A stretch of 64,000 nucleotides of DNA, taken from NCBI GenBank assembly GCA_951406725.2, contig OX597814.1:127844001-127908000 (forward strand), in the 5' to 3' direction. The stretch is from Octopus vulgaris (taxonomy: Eukaryota). How positions within the stretch are numbered: position 1 is the stretch's first letter; every line of letters begins with the position of its first letter. Below are positions 1 to 12,700 of this stretch, in pieces. The position numbers were made by a program, and so were the translations under genes. The notes beneath the pieces are model-generated. The model did no database searches. It was not told where the DNA came from and saw only the letters and a list, made by a program, of their open reading frames with translations.

Positions 1-1468
1 TTCCAGTCATCTGAAATTTATATTACTAGCAGCATTACTTTTGCCTAAGTAATTCCTCCCTCAATATTTGTGAACCGTCAATAATGCATGTGTTTAGCAT
101 CACCAAACACTCTTAACAATGGATGCTTTATTAATAGCTATATTGCCTAAAAACAGCTTTGAATCAATTCTCAGGCACTGCACCTCTTTGTCACTTATAG
201 TATCTACTTCCCAGCACCTCAGTGTTTCCAACTACTATCTCCCCCTCTTCCTCTTTATCCCTTTCATTACCATTGCCACGATTATTGTGAAGAATATTTC
301 CAATAATATCGATTGGGTTGATTATTTCGATCAGTATTCAATTTTGTCTTTATACAATTTCTTATTCTCCCTTTTAGACGAAATAGTTTAATTTACTGTA
401 TCTTTACTCATACTTAAGTATCCAAATTATATACAAAAATACATTTGCCTCTGGTTAAAATAATTATTATATATGTTTAGTAGTAATCAATATTGATTCC
501 TTTTTTTGTGAGATTTGAAGATGCAAATATGGTGTGTTGAAATTTTCAATGGATTTTACTTTGGAGCTGAATAAAATAACTTGATAAATTATTGGCTCAT
601 TATCAAAACACTGTTTGTACACCAGCAATTTGATGATTTATTTTCTAAGTTGCTAAAGATGGATCAACCTGACAGAATTGAAACTGGTCTGACTGATTCA
701 TTTTTGTGTATATCTGAAAATATTACATATAAAGAGACAAGAGGTTTCCATCTGTTTATTTCACACAATGTTGGTTCAAATCGATTGGTATATTATGTGG
801 TGCTGTTTAGCATTAAAAAAATAATTTACTCTTTGTCTTCTGTGATTAAATTCTGGGATTTAAGAACCACGTATATTAGTGAGATGATTTAGAAATAGTG
901 GTAATTTTTAACCCATTTGTTACCATTTTTCTGTTGGTACATGGTCCGTATGTCATTTAATTTTGAAAATAATAAAGAATTTATTAAAATAATTTTGTCA
1001 TCATTAAGCTGGTGTTTGGAACACAAACTAACATGAAATTTTGATGACAGATATTAAGAATACTTGTATACAGGGAACTTGTATCATACAATCAGGGGTG
1101 GTTTCAGACAGGTTGGTATGAAAAGGAATAAATAAATTTTACCCATTTTCAACTTACTACATACATTATAGAAGAAACACCAAACATTTTCTTTCTTTTT
1201 CTTCTCTCCTTTTTCTTTTCTATCTTTCCTTTATGGAAAATCACTGTTTGAAACGTTGAAATATCCCTTGTTTTTCTTCCTTATAATTAATACAATTAAT
1301 TATGCTGTACTCCTGTTTGTTTTTGTTTTATTTAATTCATGAAACCCTTAAAAATTTTACTGTGTTTTATTTGTTGTCAATATTAACACTAGTGAGAAAT
1401 AATTAGTAGTAAACCCTTATTAGAGAGATATCTAATTCCATTTTTTAAAAAAATGTTTTCTTTTTTAG

Positions 1469-1600
1469 AGCAATCTACTTATCATCCAAAATTTCTTGTT
1501 ATACCTTCAAAATCTTTGTAATGATCTGCTAAAAGCAACAGCTAGTACCAAACTGCAGATAATTCCCAAAAGATGTTATGATGATATTAAAAAAGTGAAA
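1469..1600 (+). CDS. RNF31: HOIP exon 1 in window (PUB domain, SNLLIIQNF...DIKKVK)
   Basis: ttttttag acceptor, open frame, gtaagt donor at 1601; joins in phase 0 to the PUB exon at 3753. Confidence 0.75.
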
Positions 1601-4600
1601 GTAAGTAGCTTCATTCATTTCTTTCATTTCTAATCAATTTTTTTCTCTAAACTGTCATGGTGGTAGTAGTGGTGGTGGAGGGGTATGTAAGGAAGAATAG
1701 CTAGGCTTGCAAATGCCATAAGTACATCATCATCAACTCTTGGATATTACTGTCTTGAGTTCTAGGACTTATAGGGCCGGTCACCCCAGTTTCCATGGCT
1801 TTTAATTGATCAAGAGTATACTGTCGCCCTCTGAACAGGATGTCAGTTTTTTCTAAAAAAAAAGTGAAATAGTATAGTTACAAAACTGATTGACAAAAAC
1901 AATCAGACTAAATTCCAGCAATAATGGAAACTTCCTCTTACCATCCTATTTTACATTGGCATGCAGAACAGAAATTTGTGCTCTTTGTAACAATGATGAT
2001 GTTGCTGATGATGATGTATTATTAGTTACTACACAAAATGTGATTCAACTACCCATAATATATTCTTACTGGTACTCGAGCCCCGTGCTAGTAGGGTGTT
2101 TAGGAGCACCATCTGAGCGTGATCGTTGCCCGAGCGGCTATCTGGCTTCTGTACTGGTGGCATGTGTAAAAGATTCGAGCGAGGCCGTTGCCAGTACTGC
2201 CTGACTGGCATGTAAAAGCACCCATTACACTCTCAGAGTGGTTGGTGTTAGGAAGAGCATCCAGCTGTAGAAACTCTGCCAGATCAAGATTGAAGCCTCA
2301 GTCAAATCGTCCAACCCATGCTAGCATGGAAAGCGGACGTTAAACAATGATGATGATGAAGAGACAAATCTTACTTGAGAGACAATGCTTACTTGATTCT
2401 TCTACATCAAAGAGTTATATTTATGAAATGCAAAAGGAAAAATGGTGTTATTATTTAAAACTCTAAACAAATATCTAAATCTCTGTAGACAAAGAAAAGA
2501 ATATTGATTTTTGGAGTGATCAGTTTTCTTTTCTTTCTTATACAGTAGATGGCTGGCTGATGCAGCATCCCAATTATCTTACATGGGTTAAGTAAATATT
2601 GACCAGTAAAATAGTTAATCATTGATTTTTGATGGTTGTCATTCATTTATACATTGGCCCTTTAGTATTTAAACTGACCATATTCGGCCCAAATATTCTA
2701 CTTGTTTTATGTTTAAACTATCCAGATCTGGCTGCTCATACCTTTCCCACAATGTCATTCTAAAAATAAACAATGGCATCATCAAACTCTCAAAGCTATG
2801 AAGTAATGCATGATTAATTGAAAACAGCATGAATAAATAAACATTGCATTTGACAGAGTAAAGTGTGTAGATTCGTGAAAATATTTGTGTAGTGCATTTG
2901 TGCATCATTAGATGAAATCTGATCACTTACACTGACAACATATACTAACAAACGGATACATTATATAATGGTCATTTATACATATGGCTGTGGTGTCTAG
3001 TGGTCATCTCCACAGCTATGGTTTGTAGTGGTCATTTTATACACATATACACTATCTATTAAGTCATTACACTCTAGATATGACACATAGCTATGGTATG
3101 TAGTGGTAATTTTACAGGGACACACAGCTATGATGTGTAATGGTTATTTTATATGCTAGATACAGTGCCACAGAGATAAGGTGTGTTGTAGTCATTTTAC
3201 ATACTAGATCCAGTGTAAATACTATGGTGTGTAATAGTCACAGCTATGGTTTGTTGTTGTTTACATACATGCTAGTTGCAGTGACACACACATAGAACTA
3301 CTATGTGCTGTGGTCACTTACATGGAAGATAACAGCCATGTAATGACAGTAATAACAGGCACCGTCTGAATGTGGCAGATGCCAGCGCTGCCTGACTGGC
3401 GTCCGTGTTGGTGACACGTAAAAGCACCAATTGATCGTGGCCATTTGCCAGCCTCCTCTGGCCCCTGTGCTGGTGGCATGTAAAAAACATCCATTACACT
3501 CATGGAGTGGTTGGCGTTAGGAAGGGCATCCAGCTGTAGAAACACTGCCAAACAAGACTGGAGCCTGGTGCAGCCTCCATGGCTTACCCGACCCCTGTCG
3601 AACCGTCCGACCCATGCTAGCCTGGAAAACGGACGTTAAATGATGATGATGATGATTCATCGTTACTTTCTGATTTTAGTCTTTAGTAGTTCTTTATTTT
3701 CTGTTTGTTTCTTTCACTTTTCATGTTTTAAGTTGATTTTCTGTTATTCTAGGGTGCTGATAATATTCTAAAAAAGATTGGATTCACCCCGGATTCTTCC
3801 AACGGAGCTAAAATATCAAAAAGTATGATTGCAGACAAGGCAGCACTCATATCATGGATTATAGATCTTGCTATTGCGCAGTGTGAACTGGTAAATTTCA
3901 TGAAGGACAAGCATCCATATCCTGGCTTTATAAAGAAAGTAAGTGGCAAAGATGTTTGACAGTGGATTGAAGATAGCTTGATAATGAGTGATGGTCATCA
4001 ATGGGATAACATAAAACAACAATTTGAATCATATTATAGGTGTATGTGCGAGAATAGCTGTGTGTCAGGATAATACCTATTTCTTTACTGCCCACAAGGG
4101 GCTATACACAGAGGGGACAGACAAACGGATTAAGTCGATTATATTGACCCCGAAAGGATGAAAGGCAAAGTCAACCTCAGCGGAATTTGAACTCAAAATG
4201 TAACAGCAGACGAAATATGGCTATGCATTTCGCCCGGCATGCTAGCGTTTCTGCCAGCTCGCAGCCTTATTGTCAGGATAATACCACAAAATGATTATGT
4301 GCAGCATATAATTTTGAGGGAGTAGTTCATGATATTGCGACAATTGGGACTATATATACATAAAGAGAATCATTTAACATAACCCCCATGCCCATACGTA
4401 CACATACATACATGATGGCTGCGGCTCAATTTTGAGCAATGTTATCACTTGATTGTTCTCTTAAACATGAGCATCACAGGTATAGCTTTTCAATTCTGCT
4501 AGGGACCTACACTCTTTTGCATAGATGTAGCAGCATTGGGTACTTTTTGTAGCTGGTGTACAGAGAATTACCATCCAAACTGACACATACCTGTATCCCT

Positions 4601-6682
4601 TCATAGAATTTTTCATTGTGTGTTTTGCGTTTTTCAGCTGTAGCCAGCCATAGTAAAGATGTTAAAAACACTTAATAGAGATGTAAAAGTCAAGTGGTGC
4701 CTGTGCTTGAAGCTTTTTAGTGAAGGAAGGCCTTGCACAAGACCAACCACACTCTAAACAACATTCACATTTTCCCAAAAAGAACTAGTCTACATATAGA
4801 TGTAGACTAGTTCTTTTTGGGATACGAAAATGAGGGGTCTCTCACTCCCAGCTGTTAGAAGGCCATTGGCTCTGCTGAGTTCATCTGCTCTATGTCCCAA
4901 CACTCTTAGTACTACTGGTATCTAACTCAGTACAACCAGTCACGTAGTTGGGCCTTTGGTGATTAAACTGGCAGCCCTAATCAGCCTGCACTTACTAGAT
5001 ACTGTAAGCTATAGTAGTTAATACCTTAATATCATGGATTATAGCTTTAACACAAGGCCACACACAAGGTCCCAAATCATTAGGGAAAGGATGTATGTGA
5101 TATATGGCAGTCAGTACATGGCTTTATGTCCTGTGTATCTCATGTGATACACAGTACATGTTTCTCAGGAGTCCATGCATCCTATTTGATTCTCAGTTTT
5201 TTTTCAACTGCCAGAATAACTTGGGACTTATGAAAGGAAAGCTTCAAATTACTCAGAATATATAAAACATGAAGCTAGCTAAAACTCTGAAAGCAAGCAT
5301 GGACATTTAGGACTTACTTATGAAAATGCTTTGAACAGGCAAAGGGTTAAAGAATATAGTGTAGGATTGTGATTATAGTGTCTTATGTTGTTCAAAGTTT
5401 TATATAGAATTCATTGCTGGTATTATTTGGTTGACTAATGATCTGCTTGTTCTTTTTTGTAGCTCCTGGAAGAATCTGAAGTGGAGCAAGGTTGGTGATA
5501 TATAGTTATCTTCCCTTGTGTATATTTTCTGTCTTGTATCTTTTGCTATAATTCTTTATAAAACTTATGTCTTGGTAATATTTCTTCTGTAGTTATTCAT
5601 ATTATGATTGTTGTAGATTGTGATGTGGTGTGAAAGGTTGACTTTAACTCTCACAAAATTGATCCTGAACTACTGAATAAACTAAAGTAGCAAAAATTAT
5701 AATTAAAATACCACAACATAATTTAAATATCTACTTGTTTTAACTCCTAGACATCCTTATGGATGTTTAATAATTACATCCTTATGGATGTTTAATAATT
5801 ATATGATACATATATAATACTAAACCACATTAAAATACAAATCTAAAACAAAAGAAAACACAATCATAACTGGAGAAAGGGAGGAAGAAATAAAGAAAAT
5901 ATCAATTCAGCACTAAGTGCTTCAATTGGTAGCACACCACAAGGTTCATTGGAACCTGTTGAAGCTTGGTGGACACAAAACTATAAATTTTTTGCCATCA
6001 TCATTGTGTTAACGGACAATACATGCACGAGTTGGACAGAATTTATTGAGGCTGATTTTTTATGGCTGGATATCCTTCCTACCCCCCCCCTGTTTACAAT
6101 GAAGATAATATTTCCCTGTGTTTGGACAGGTTTTCATCCTGCTTGCATGGCAATAATGCTTAGTTTATAATTGTTATGTGATTTCAAAGCAAGAAGGTAC
6201 ACACACACACACATGCACGCATACAATAGGCTTTTGTCAATTTCCATTTGCCAGATCTACTTAGAAGACTATGTTTGATCTAGGGCTACAGTCAAAGACA
6301 GTCGTCTAAGGCGTCTTGCAGTGGGACTGTACTAGAAACTGTCTTTGAAAAGCACAGCCATGCCAATGCCATGGCTTTTATTAAGAAAAAACTTTCTCCA
6401 CGAAATCTTGGATTCCTTTTGGCTTATTGAACCTTATGTACATTTGCTTCCATTTCATTTCTATGTGCTATACTTGTTTACTCTCTCTTTTACTCGTTTA
6501 CTTGTTTCAGTCATTTGACTGTGGCCATGCTGGAGCACCGCCTTTAGTCGAGCAAATCGACCCCAGGACTTACTCTTTGTAAGCCTAGTACTTATTCTAT
6601 CAGTATCTTTTGCTGAACCGCTAAGTTACGGGGGCGTAAACACACCAGCATCGGTTGTCCCCCCAATGTTGGTGGGGGACAA

Positions 6683-6713
<31 letters not shown>

Positions 6714-9700
6714 CATATATACGACGGGCTTCTTTCAGTTTCCATCTACCAAATCGACTCACAAGGCTTTGGTCAGCCCAAGGCTATAGTAGAAGACACC
6801 CAAGGTGCCATGCAGTGGGACTGAACCTGGAACCATGTGATTTGTAAGCAAGCCAATTACCACACAACCACTCTTACGCCTATATATTTACTTTTAGATA
6901 ATATTTCTACTTAATCTTTTATTTACTGATCTATATTTGTTATAGAGATCTGAAGGTAATTTATGTAAAGGACACAAGGCTTGTGGCATTAAACAAAATA
7001 TTTATATTGTAGAAGATATGCTGTAGGAATATAAATATGTATATATAGGCACAGGGCATGGCTGTCTGGTAAGAAGTTTGCTTCCCAACCACATAATCCT
7101 AGTTTCAGTCTCACTGTGTGGCACCTTGGGCAAGTGTCTCATAGCCTTGAGCCAACCAAAGCCCATCATGTATGTGTGTGTATGTGCACATGTTACTGTC
7201 TCCTTGTCTTGACATCGTGTGATAGTTGTAAATAAATGTAATTATTACCTCACTTAGAAACAGGTGATGGTTGGTGACAAGAAGGGCAACTAGCTGCAAG
7301 AAATCTGCCTCAACAAAATCCTGTCTGACCCATGCAAGCATGGAAAATCATCATCATCACCATCATCCTTTAACATCTGTTTTTCTATGCTGGCATAGGT
7401 TGGATGGTTTGGCAGGAGCTGGCAAGCTGAGAATGCTGTGCCAGGTTCCAGTCTGATTTGGCTTAGTTTCTATGGCTGGATGTCCTTCCTAACACCAACC
7501 ACTTTACAGTTTGTGCTGGGTGCTTTTAATATGTCACTGGCACAAGTGCCTTTTATGTGGCACTGGCATGAGTGATTTTTATGTGAGACTGGCATAGGAC
7601 TCTTGCTGGCCAATTTTCTTCTCCAGGGAATGCTGCCTTAACACTTCTGCTGTACAGCAAGGTGCTAGTCAAAGTGGATGTTAAATTGATGATGATATAT
7701 ATGGGTTTTTGTGTGTGTGTGTTGGTTGCTATCACATCATCATCATCATCATCATCGTTTAGCGTCTGCTTTCCATGCTGGCATGGGTTGGACGGTTCAA
7801 CTGGGGTCTGGGAAGCCAGAAGGCTGCACCAGGCCCAGTCTGATCTGGCAATGTTTCTACGGCTGGATGCCCTTCCTAATGCCAACCACTCCATGAGTGT
7901 AGTGGGTGCTTTTTATGTGCCACAGGCACAGGTGCCAGACGAGGCTGGCAAACGGCCACGATCGGATGGTGCTTTTTACGTGCCACCGGCACGAAGGTCA
8001 GGCGAGGCTGGCAATTTCTATTTTACTTGGTTCTTTTCAAAATCCAGATTTTTATTTACTTGCCAAATAAAATTATTTTATTCCTTTCCAGGATGTAGCA
8101 TCTGTGGACAACCAAAGCCCAATATGATTTGTTCATCATGTGAAGATAAACAATTGTGCACTAGTTGTGATGTTACCTGGCACTCCCATCCAAAGCGTGT
8201 TGAACATATACGTTCTCCAATAAAAGATACTGCTCCACCGAGGTAAATTCTAAATATTTTCATACTGTTTAAAAAGAGAATCTGGTGCTTTGGAAAGAGA
8301 AATTGAAGAGAACATGTTGTGTCTGTTGTTTAGACACTGTAGCTATGAGCTGTATTGAAAATGTGAGGCAGAGGAATCAATTCCTGGTGAACTTGCTGTA
8401 AACAGATTTAACTGCCTAGGAGCAAATGTGGCTGTGTGGGTAAGAAGCTTGCTTCTCAACCATGAAGTTTCAGATGTAGTACCACTGTGTGGTACCTTTG
8501 GCAAGTGCCTTCTATTGTAGCCTTGAGTCAATTAAAACCTTGTGAGTGGATTTAGTTGACTGATTTTATGTCCAATAAGGCTTGCACAATGCCTCACAGA
8601 TCCTCTCCACCCTATTGACCCAATCCAGAGACAAGCCAAAGCAAGATATCCAGTGCCAGTACAGGTTGCAGGTTCAGGAATGTGGGAGAACTATGATCTC
8701 AAGTGCAAGCAAAAGATCTCCAAAATGTTCAATGCCATTCCCCTGCAAATCTGGTTTTATATCAGAGTGACCTTCTCCTAGAGACAAGATTTAACAAAAC
8801 CTGAGGGCTGTCTCACTCTCAGTGGTCTTCCATCATGCCAGACACCAACCTGGAATTTCTGAAGGCCCCATGCTATTGATAGACAGTTATTGAATCTACT
8901 CTAGGTTCATCTATCCTGCTAGGTTTCTAGCCACCCTCCTCACCAGGCAAGCCTAGTGGGCATGCTGGTTCAGTCACTGACAACCTGACCGTGCAACAGG
9001 TTGTACTGGGCTCCATGTTACCAGTAGCACTCATGAGTGACCTCACACACACACATGTATGTGTGTATCCTTGTCTTGATATTGGTTGGGAAGCAAGCTT
9101 CTTAGCCACATGCCCACTCCTGTATGGTTGGAGCAACTCCTTTTACATGTTTGACTGCTTTTGAATGTAAAAGATCTTGTAATTATGTTGTGTCTGGGGA
9201 GAGTCATTTTCTTTTTGTGCCTTATAAAGGTTGCAAGACGCAACGAAAATTTTAGGAAAATGAAAATAAGAAATTAGTGGAAATTTTACCGGTGCGTGTG
9301 TTAAACTATAAGGCACAAAAAGAAAATGACTCTCCCCAGACACAACAGAATATGCTTCAACGCATGAACTCATATAAAGAATCTTGTAAACCAAATCCAA
9401 AAACGATATCTTGTAATTAGATATTGAGAAAATATTTTCTGACTTGTTATTTGTAACAATTTAACATTAATGAAACTATTAACCCAGATAGATTTCTGTT
9501 TTCGTTTCTTTCCTTCAGTTTACTGTCTGGAATTTCAAGTATACATCAATCTGCAGATCCATATATCTCACAGGTAAGTTATTTTTTTCTTTCTAACTCT
9601 AGTTATCTGACATGGACTTAAACTATTCAAGAATCTCTTTATTTTTATATCAACTTTGTTCTTAATTTGTTTCCCATAAAACTGTGGTTATATGTTGTTG

Positions 9701-12700
9701 TAGTAGTAGTAGTAGTATATTATTTACATTATTTACATTGGATGGATATATGTCCTCACCTTGTTTGTTGTTACGATGTTTTAGTTGATTTACTCTCCAG
9801 CCTTCATCAGGTGTCCTGATGGAATTTTGAACCCAACCCTGGGTTCTCATTCCTAAGGTATTTTTTGATGATATTATTATTACTATTATTATTATTTATT
9901 CAAGGCACTGCCTGGAATTGAACTCGGAATCTTAGGGTTAATAGCCTACCCTCTTAACCATTATGCTATATTCCCGTGAATTATAGAGTGAATTCCAGGC
10001 AGTGCTTTGAATAAATAATGATGATGATCATCATCATCGTTTAACGTCCGTTCTCCATGCTAGCATGGGTTGGACGGTTCGACCGGGGATCTGGGAAGCC
10101 AGAAGGCTGCACCAGGCTCCAGTCTTATCTGGCAATGTTTCTACAGCTGGATGCCCTTCCTAACGCCAACCACTCCGTGAGTGTAGTGGGTGCTTTTTAC
10201 GTGCCACCTGCACAGGTGCCAGGCGAGGCTGGCAACGGCCACGGTCGGATTGGTGTATTTTATGTGCCACCAGCACGGAAGCCAGTCGAGGCGGTGCTGG
10301 CATTGGCCACGAGTCGGATAGTGCTTTTTACGTACCACCAGACCAGGGATCCTGGCTGGTTCAATTCGATTTCGATTTCGCTTGCCCCAACATGTCTTCG
10401 CAAGCAAAGGGGGTTGGCATAGGTGCCTGCCGTACGGTCGGATTGGTGTATTTTACGTGCCACCGGCACGGAAGCCAGTGGAGGCGGCGCTGGCATCGGC
10501 CACGAGTCGGATAGTGCTTTTTACGTACCACCAGACCAGGGATCCTGGCTGGTTCAATTCGATTTCGAATTCGCTTTCGCTTGCCCCAACATGTCTTCGC
10601 AAGCAAAGGGGGTTGGCATGGGTGCCTGTCGTCGGATGAGGTTCTATATCGACTTCGCTTGCCTCAACAGGTCTTTGTGTCCATGGGAGGAAAGGCATTC
10701 ATAAGTGGGCTGGGCTCACTTGTCCTGCCTGGTCTTCTCACGTACAGAATATTTCCAAAGGTCTCGGTCGCTGGTCATTTCCTCAGTGAGGCCTAAAGTT
10801 CGAAGGTCGTGCTTCACCACCTCGTCCCAGGTTTTCCTGGGTCTACCTCTTCCACGGGTTCCCTCAACTGCTAGGGATTGGCACTCTCTCACACACCTAT
10901 CTTCATCCATTCTCGCCACATGACCATACCAGCGCAATCGTCTCTCTTGCACACCACAACTGATGCTTCTTAGGTACAACATTTCTCTCAAGGTGCTAAT
11001 GCTCTGTCGAGTATGTACACTGACATTACACATCCATCGGAGCATACTGGCTTCATTCCTCACGAGCTTACGCATGTCCTCAGCAGTCACGGCCCATGTT
11101 TCACTGCCATGTAGCATGGCTGTTCGTACACACGCATCATACAGTCTGCCTTTTACTCTGAGCGAGAGGCCTTTAGTCACCAGCAGAGGTAAGAGCTCCC
11201 TAAACTTTGCCCAGGCTATTCTTATTCTAGCAGTTAGACTTTCATCGCACCCACCCTCACTACTGACTTGGTCACCTAGATAACGGAAGCTATCAACTAC
11301 TTCTAGTTTTTCCCCTGGAAAGTGACGGAAGTTGTTTTCTGCAGATTTTCGGAGGTTAATGCTCCCGAGCATCTGCCACATACAAAAACCATCTTCCCAG
11401 TTAGCCTACCTTTGACATTGCTGCACCTCTTATGTGTCCATAGCTTACACTGGGTACATCTTATAGAGTTTCTACCTACACCTTTTCTACAGATCGAGCA
11501 GGGCCATCTTCCTGATAATAATAATAATAGTAACATCTGCAAAAAATACCTTAGGAATGAGAACCCTGGGTTGGGTTCAAAATTCCACCAGGACACCTGA
11601 TAGAGGCTGGAGAGTAAATCAGCCAAAATGTTGTGGTAACAACAAACAAGATGAGGACATACATCTGTCCAATGTAAATAATGTACATAATTCCTCATCT
11701 CTCAAATATAGAACAGTAGTAGTGGTAGTTTGATTTTATTCAATGTCAAGATTATCCTTCAAGAGAACACCCCTGTGATTTATAGCATCACCATCCTGAT
11801 TCCATGATTCTATGACAGATTGGATGGAACCTATTTTCGTTAATATTGATGTTGCACCTCTTTTAGATTTGATTAATCTTAAGGAAAATGAATATTTGCA
11901 GAAAATGAATATTTGCAGAAAATAAACACAGAAAGCAGATTCATTGTTATTCTGTAAACAATACCAAATGGTATATTGCCTATTTGTTGCTAGTATTGAC
12001 TAAGATGAAGTTTAATGGTAAAAAGAATGTTGCAGATGATAAAAGAGCTTCTATACTAATGTGACAAATGTTAGTTCAACTTAAGTGACAATTCTAGTTA
12101 AGCAAACCATGTAATCTGGAAAGCAAGTTAAAAGTTCATGACTGTAAATGGTGACTGGGTAAAGCTAGAGTTCTTTCACAGCCAGTGTTTGTGTGTGTCT
12201 TAAGTTTGTGTGTGTTCCTATAAGTAAGTCTGCATGACGCAAGCATTCACAGATGTGTTTCTTTATGGTATATGTGTATTTCTATGTGTCCATACAAGTA
12301 AGTCTACAGCATGTCAGTCCATAGAAGTGTCTATAAATATATGATGTGAACATCCATACAAGTAAGGATGTATATGTATCTGTACAGTTGAGTCTGTACG
12401 ATGTGCATTTTCATCCATACAAATATGCATAAATGTACATTTTCACTATCCAGCTAATGCATGGTTTCATTAAGAAAGTGTAGAAAATGGTTAATCTGTT
12501 CTGGAATGCCAGAGAAAGTAAAGGAATGTTAGTCACTCATTGGTTGGTGATTAAAACCCATTTCACTTGCCCAGTAAAATGGTGTGCAATCAAATCACAA
12601 TGTAGCATAATTTATGGTGAAACATTTGCTTTAACGTGCAATGGTAATTATATTAGCCCTTCTCTCTCAGGTCGTAAGGTAATGAAATAGAAACAGCAAT

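Noticed and set aside
119-892. ORFs 119-391 and 581-892 as the HOIP first exon
   Set aside because: No HOIP-like sequence and no convincing in-frame donor.
7662-8091. Upstream part of the 194-aa ORF 7662-8246 as an RTE-HOIP fusion
   Set aside because: It is an antisense reading of an RTE tail, and a strong acceptor at 8091 defines the true exon.
10241-10632. Repeat-spacer-like pattern suggesting a CRISPR array
   Set aside because: Eukaryotic context; the units are tandem duplications in an RTE 3' UTR with no unique spacers or cas genes.
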